Positions 59,546-64,000 of a DNA stretch of 64,000 nt are shown here, in pieces. A program made the translations under genes and the position numbers. Where the stretch lies: the NCBI GenBank assembly GCA_905178155.1, contig CAJINV010000004.1, positions 8,640,882 to 8,704,881 on the forward strand, written 5' to 3'. The notes under the pieces are model-generated. The model was not told the origin of the DNA and did not search any database. It saw only the letters and a list, made by a program, of their open reading frames with translations. The stretch is from Amoebophrya sp. A120 (Eukaryota; Protista; Dinoflagellata). Position 1 is the first letter of the stretch. Each line of letters begins with the position of its first letter.

Positions 59546-60769
59546 TTATTTCCGGAAGTATCGGTCGGGCATCTCGAGCGGCTCGCTCTCGATAAAATCC
59601 GACTCGTCCATCATACCTGTTTGTATATTTTCTGTCGTGGTTGTTCTTTCCGCATCACAACAAAGGGGGTTTCCTGCTATATTGTTTCTGCATAACAAAA
59701 AGAACAAAGTGTATGTTCTAAAAAAGTGAAATTTTTCATGCAAAACCTTCATGTGTTTTCTTTTTCAAACTTGTCACAGAAAAACTACATAGAAAACTCA
59801 TCTTTACCTATGATGGGCATCCTTCTATATCGCACCACCAGCTTCGCTTGCTTTTTCTTGAGCTCCTTGAACTGGTCGCGCAGCGGGTATTTCGCCTCCA
59901 GGCCTTGGAGGCTGAATTTTGCCTCCTCCTTGTCCCGGAGTATCTCATCCCAGATAATCACTTCGTTCAGGTGGCTCGTTTCCGTCTCGTATTTCACCAG
60001 GACCTGTACACGCAAATTTGTCATGTGGAAGAGCATCAAACGAATTTTTTGTCATGCAGCACACCACATCAGATAGCACAGTTGTCATGCAAAAGAAAGC
60101 TAGAGAATGAAAATGCTTTTATACATAGAGAAATAGCTGCTTCTGGTTCCAGTGGAATTCGCTGGTCAGATATCGCAAGAAAAAAGTGTTACAGTTACAC
60201 ATTGTGTCGCAAGACCGGCAACCCAGACAACCTTTCTCATGCGGGAAATGCTTGGGGGCCTCGTTTCCTTCCTGTTTTCCCTTATGATCTTCGCATTACA
60301 AGTTTTCTGTGCCGCACAGAGAAAATTTGTGATGCAGAAACTCCAACAAATGTGTAACTGTAACACTTTTTTCTGGTGATATCAGATCCGCCTCGAAATC
60401 AAAGCTCAGATTTGCTTGCTCCTGGCCCAGAAAGCTGTTGACGGTGAAGTCATGGAGGACGATCTGTGAAAGAGTTTTTCTTTGTGCCGATACAATTTTT
60501 CCCTATGATTATTTGCAACGTGTTTAGTAGATACGCAAGAAGATTATTTGCAAAAATGCTGATAACGCTACCAAAATCCTATTCGGATTTCTTTTCAATC
60601 AAATGCACGCAAAACAAGAAAATTTGAAATCTCTTACGTTTGATATTATCCCGGTGGGTTTCGGGTAGAAGCAGACGTAGGCCGAGAAGTGGTTTAGTAT
60701 TGAGGCGAACCCGAAGGCCGTGACGAAGGTGTAGAAGATCGTCGTGAGACGATTCACGTAGGAATCCAT
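59546..60769 (-). CDS. SPCS3: Signal peptidase complex subunit 3 (SPC22/23); 3 GT-AG introns + 1 introner
   Basis: MDSYVNRL...TM...FDFEADLTSEFHWNQKQLFLYVLVKYET...NEVIIWDEI...KYPLRD...MPIIG. Confidence 0.92.
60171..60381. mobile_element. Introner family D
   Basis: TSD TCAGA; removal restores ADL|TSEF. Confidence 0.93.
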
Positions 60770-62956
60770 GTTGTGGGCGTTTGTGGTCTTTTATTGGTGG
60801 ATCTTCTTCCACTAATCACGTACAGGAAGGAGAGCGCGGCTACTGTGTTGTACACAAAAATTGCCTTCGGATGATAGATCCGGTGTGCTAAACTTGAAGA
60901 AAGGCGTAGTCACACAATAAAATTTTCCCGCTTCTTTTATTTATCCTGCTCTCCGACACTGTCCCGGTAGAAAAAGTTCTGAGCTGCGCGGGTAGAAACC
61001 GCTGCGGCGTTCTTATCACCTCCAGTTGGGAGGGCTACGAAGTCGCCTCTGTTTCCTCGCGAGTGAAACGGATCTATGACCCGGAGTTCGGAAGCACTTT
61101 AAAGCTACACAACATTTTCCTGGGCGGCATAGCGGTGTTTGTCTTCCGATTTTTATAGCTACAGAAATAGTACTTACCTTTACTCCTTGGCCAGTTCCTA
61201 AAAGTGAAAATCGCTTGGTTGATATTCGACGGAAAATACTAAATTGCCTACACAACTTGCCGTTTTTTCGAAACAATGAGCTAGGGAATGATGAAGTAGT
61301 GCGCTGAAAAAGGATTCGTGATGTAAGAAATAAAATACTTACTCGTGGTTTTCAGCAAGGACTAATGAATCAGCAGCTGCAAAAGTCTGATCCCCTCAGC
61401 AGGAAACGAGTGTTCCTTGTCCTGCCAGGCCGCACAAGTTTTCCTTGTCCTGCCAGAAAGAGCTGCTTCAGATCTCTTGCGGGATGGTCTTTTTTCTCTA
61501 CTAGAAGTAAAACAAATCGAGGAACGACGTTGACTAGGCAGTAGATGAGAAGGTGATCTTCGTTCAACATGCTTTGTTTCATGTTACACGGATTATATCA
61601 CAATCCGAAATCGTAACCAAGTACCAGGAAACGAACACGACACATTGCCTCTTCATCGAGGTCTTTGTAAGTGTGGAGGCCCCTGCGCTCCGTCCGGGCA
61701 TGCGCCTGCTATCAATATTTCATGTTTCATTTCATCTAAGCTGTTGATCCTTCAGAACACTCGAAGCAATTCGAGATTCGTGCGAAAGATTTCGGCATTG
61801 ATGTATTCCCAAAAGACTGTCGAGTTGGAAAATTCCGTTTCTTGTTTTGCATTTTCAGCGAGAGAAATTCATCCTTTTTCTCGTCTCATTCTTCTCGCGA
61901 AAAAACAATTTTTCATCGGAAAAAACTCAACAGATGTTTTTCGTTTTCTTCACAAATAGCTGTGGCTACACATAAGCTTGTTACGACCATATCATTTATT
62001 TTAACTTTGATTTTATATTTAAGTTATCACTTTTATCAAGTTTTATATATACGGAACGTTAGAATCGCATCTCAAGTCGATAAAAACTTGATCATTGACT
62101 TCCACCGAACACGCATGCTACTGCGAAAAACAAACAAGAACTCCCCGAGACGTCACATCATGATTTTTTGCGTTTTTTCTTCTTTTTCATCATCACAATG
62201 TTGAGGTAAACGAGAGCATTCGGAGCGGTTCGATATTTCTTGTCGCCTACCGCGAGCTTCTTTCAGCGCGACAACCTCAACTACGAACCGGGAAGTTTTG
62301 TTTTTTCATTCAACGAAACTCGTTGCAGCAAGTCTGTCATGCACGAATGACAGGAAACGCACCTGAAAACGGAACGCATATACGAAAAGCTGCATCTTTT
62401 TCAAAAAGCCAAACAGTTGTACGAAATTGAAAAAAGAAAAACGTAAGACATATTTCCGAGCTTCGTCAGCGACAAGTTGAACAAAAACATCTTTTTCGTT
62501 TGGCAAGCAACAGCATCTGTTTATTTTTCTCCAGACTACAAAACTTATATCTTCATCTTCATCATCCCCTTCTTTACATCCTCTTCCAGTTTTTCAAATT
62601 CTCCTCTGCACTTCGGCAGGTGTCGTTCGTTTGCGTTCAAACCGGAATAACAAATCCCAATTCGGTTTTACGGGTGGGTGGAAAAAGAACAGGCAGATGA
62701 TCACTGGAGAGCCGTGCGCTGTACTCCAAAATGGACTGGTCGTGTGGATCATCGTCACCAGGTAGTTGCTAGTCCTTCACCCCTGTATTCCCGATCCGGT
62801 TCGTCAAAAATAAATCTTCACTGTCAACTTCGATCTCTACACTTACATCCTGCTTCCTTACCGTCGTACTTAGTTTACATCAACACTGCGCGTGGTACCA
62901 TCGTGGAATCACTGCACATCATTTCCTTGCAACCAGAATTACATCGGTCATTGCAA

Positions 62957-63844
62957 CTAAAAACTGTCTTCGAGGATGTAAATGCTGGAGATGAAGTCGA
63001 TCGCCTCGGCCTTGATGTGCATCCTCCATGTCTCCGCCTGGGGATGCCCGTTGTCGATCCGTCGCTGCTCACACGCATCCGCATCACCCTGCGGGACCAG
63101 TGCGTAGATGCATCGCAGTTCCGGCATCGTCAACTCCGCCATCTTGTCCACCGCGGGCTCGTCGTCGTCCTTCCAGCTGATGCGGTTGATCATGCTGATA
63201 GTCATGTAGCGCGACAATTTCTCCTTGTCGCAGGTGTCGTCCTCGTGCTGCCGGAATTCATCCGGCGCGATGTTGAAGTTCTGCGGCACCTGGTGGTTGT
63301 TGTTCATGCTGTTGTTGGCGGGGCCGTTCTGGTTGTTCATGTTGTTGTTGTTGTTGTTTTTCGGATTGATCGGAATGTTGTTCGCGCGCATCTGCGCCTG
63401 CTGGTTCTCCAGCACCTGCCGCAGGAGGTCGTCGCTGTTGTCGAAGCGGCGATTGACTGTGTCGAAACGCCGGTCGACATCGGTACGGAAGGTTTTTAAA
63501 TCCTTCACGTCGGCCTTCAAGGCCGCGATATCCTCACGCTCCTGCTGGGTGAGGCCAGATGCGGGGGCAGTAGCAGTAGTACTAGTAGTAGTGGTCGGGG
63601 CGCTGTTCGTGGTGGGGTGGTCACACTCGCCACGAATTCCGGTCCGTATCATCTCGGTGCACTTCACCAGGCACTGCTCCTGTGCTTCGAACCACTTGCG
63701 ATCGGCTTCCTTCTTCTGGTGCTGTTTCCAGTTGTAGCGGTCCTGCATCTCCTCAAACTCGTCAAAGGTCAACTTGTTGCCCTTGCCGTAGTTGTTGTTG
63801 TTGCGCCAGGGCTGTTTCCCTGTGTTCTCGTTCGGGCCGCCCAT
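62957..63844 (-). CDS. Hypothetical Asn-rich coiled-coil protein, intronless
   Basis: Long ORF with GC3-rich codons; heptad segment LKADVKDLKTFRTDVDRRFDTVNRRFD. Confidence 0.6.
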   Translation of the reverse strand: MGGPNENTGKQPWRNNNNYGKGNKLTFDEFEEMQDRYNWKQHQKKEADRKWFEAQEQCLVKCTEMIRTGIRGECDHPTTNSAPTTTTSTTATAPASGLTQQEREDIAALKADVKDLKTFRTDVDRRFDTVNRRFDNSDDLLRQVLENQQAQMRANNIPINPKNNNNNNMNNQNGPANNSMNNNHQVPQNFNIAPDEFRQHEDDTCDKEKLSRYMTISMINRISWKDDDEPAVDKMAELTMPELRCIYALVPQGDADACEQRRIDNGHPQAETWRMHIKAEAIDFISSIYILEDSF

Positions 63845-64000
63845 CTCGATAAATTTGAGAACTTGCAAAGAAACTTTTACAGCCGGATTTTTCGACAATG
63901 TCGGGGCAGCATACAAATACTGCCGAAGTGTGGAAGCTTGGAATCGTTGAACCCACTTGAAGTTCGTCACTGTTAGTTGCTCTACTAGCACGCTCGTCTC

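Noticed and set aside
242-63976. Long plus-strand ORFs (e.g. 242-955, 6658-7500, 14223-15371, 21620-22531, 62678-63499)
   Set aside because: They are antisense shadows of minus-strand genes and carry no independent motifs
62957-63991. Gag or LINE ORF1 assignment
   Set aside because: Coiled coil only; no zinc knuckle, RT or LTR visible
1-64000. Autonomous transposase, tRNA/rRNA, or dinoflagellate spliced-leader relic
   Set aside because: None recognised by eye; absence is not proven without searches

Overview
Eukaryotic (alveolate-like) genomic DNA. Every gene I can model is on the minus strand. The genes are heavily interrupted by about 44 short elements of 150-380 bp, plus two of these expanded to 1.1-1.4 kb. 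The elements belong to at least 7 sequence families and share one architecture: terminal inverted repeats reading TAT...ATA, a 5-bp target-site duplication (35 perfect, 9 decayed) and an internal TGTNATGC/GCATNACA motif. Removing each intragenic element plus one TSD copy restores the reading frame, so they behave as non-GT-AG 'introner' introns. This matches what is known for Amoebophrya-type Syndiniales parasites; the organism assignment is an inference. Reconstructed genes: OGG1 N-terminus, a Rieske (RFESD-like) protein whose two ligand motifs are about 950 aa apart, a DUF285 repeat protein, a YecM-family protein, a (6-4) photolyase/cryptochrome, a Cys-less pentameric ligand-gated channel, a degenerate S1/P1 nuclease, SPCS3 and several low-complexity hypothetical proteins. 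Also present: a PIF/Harbinger-like MITE nested in an introner, a 2.2-kb segment between 39-bp direct repeats, and a duplicated ~410-bp upstream cassette. All coordinates were read by hand and no searches were run.
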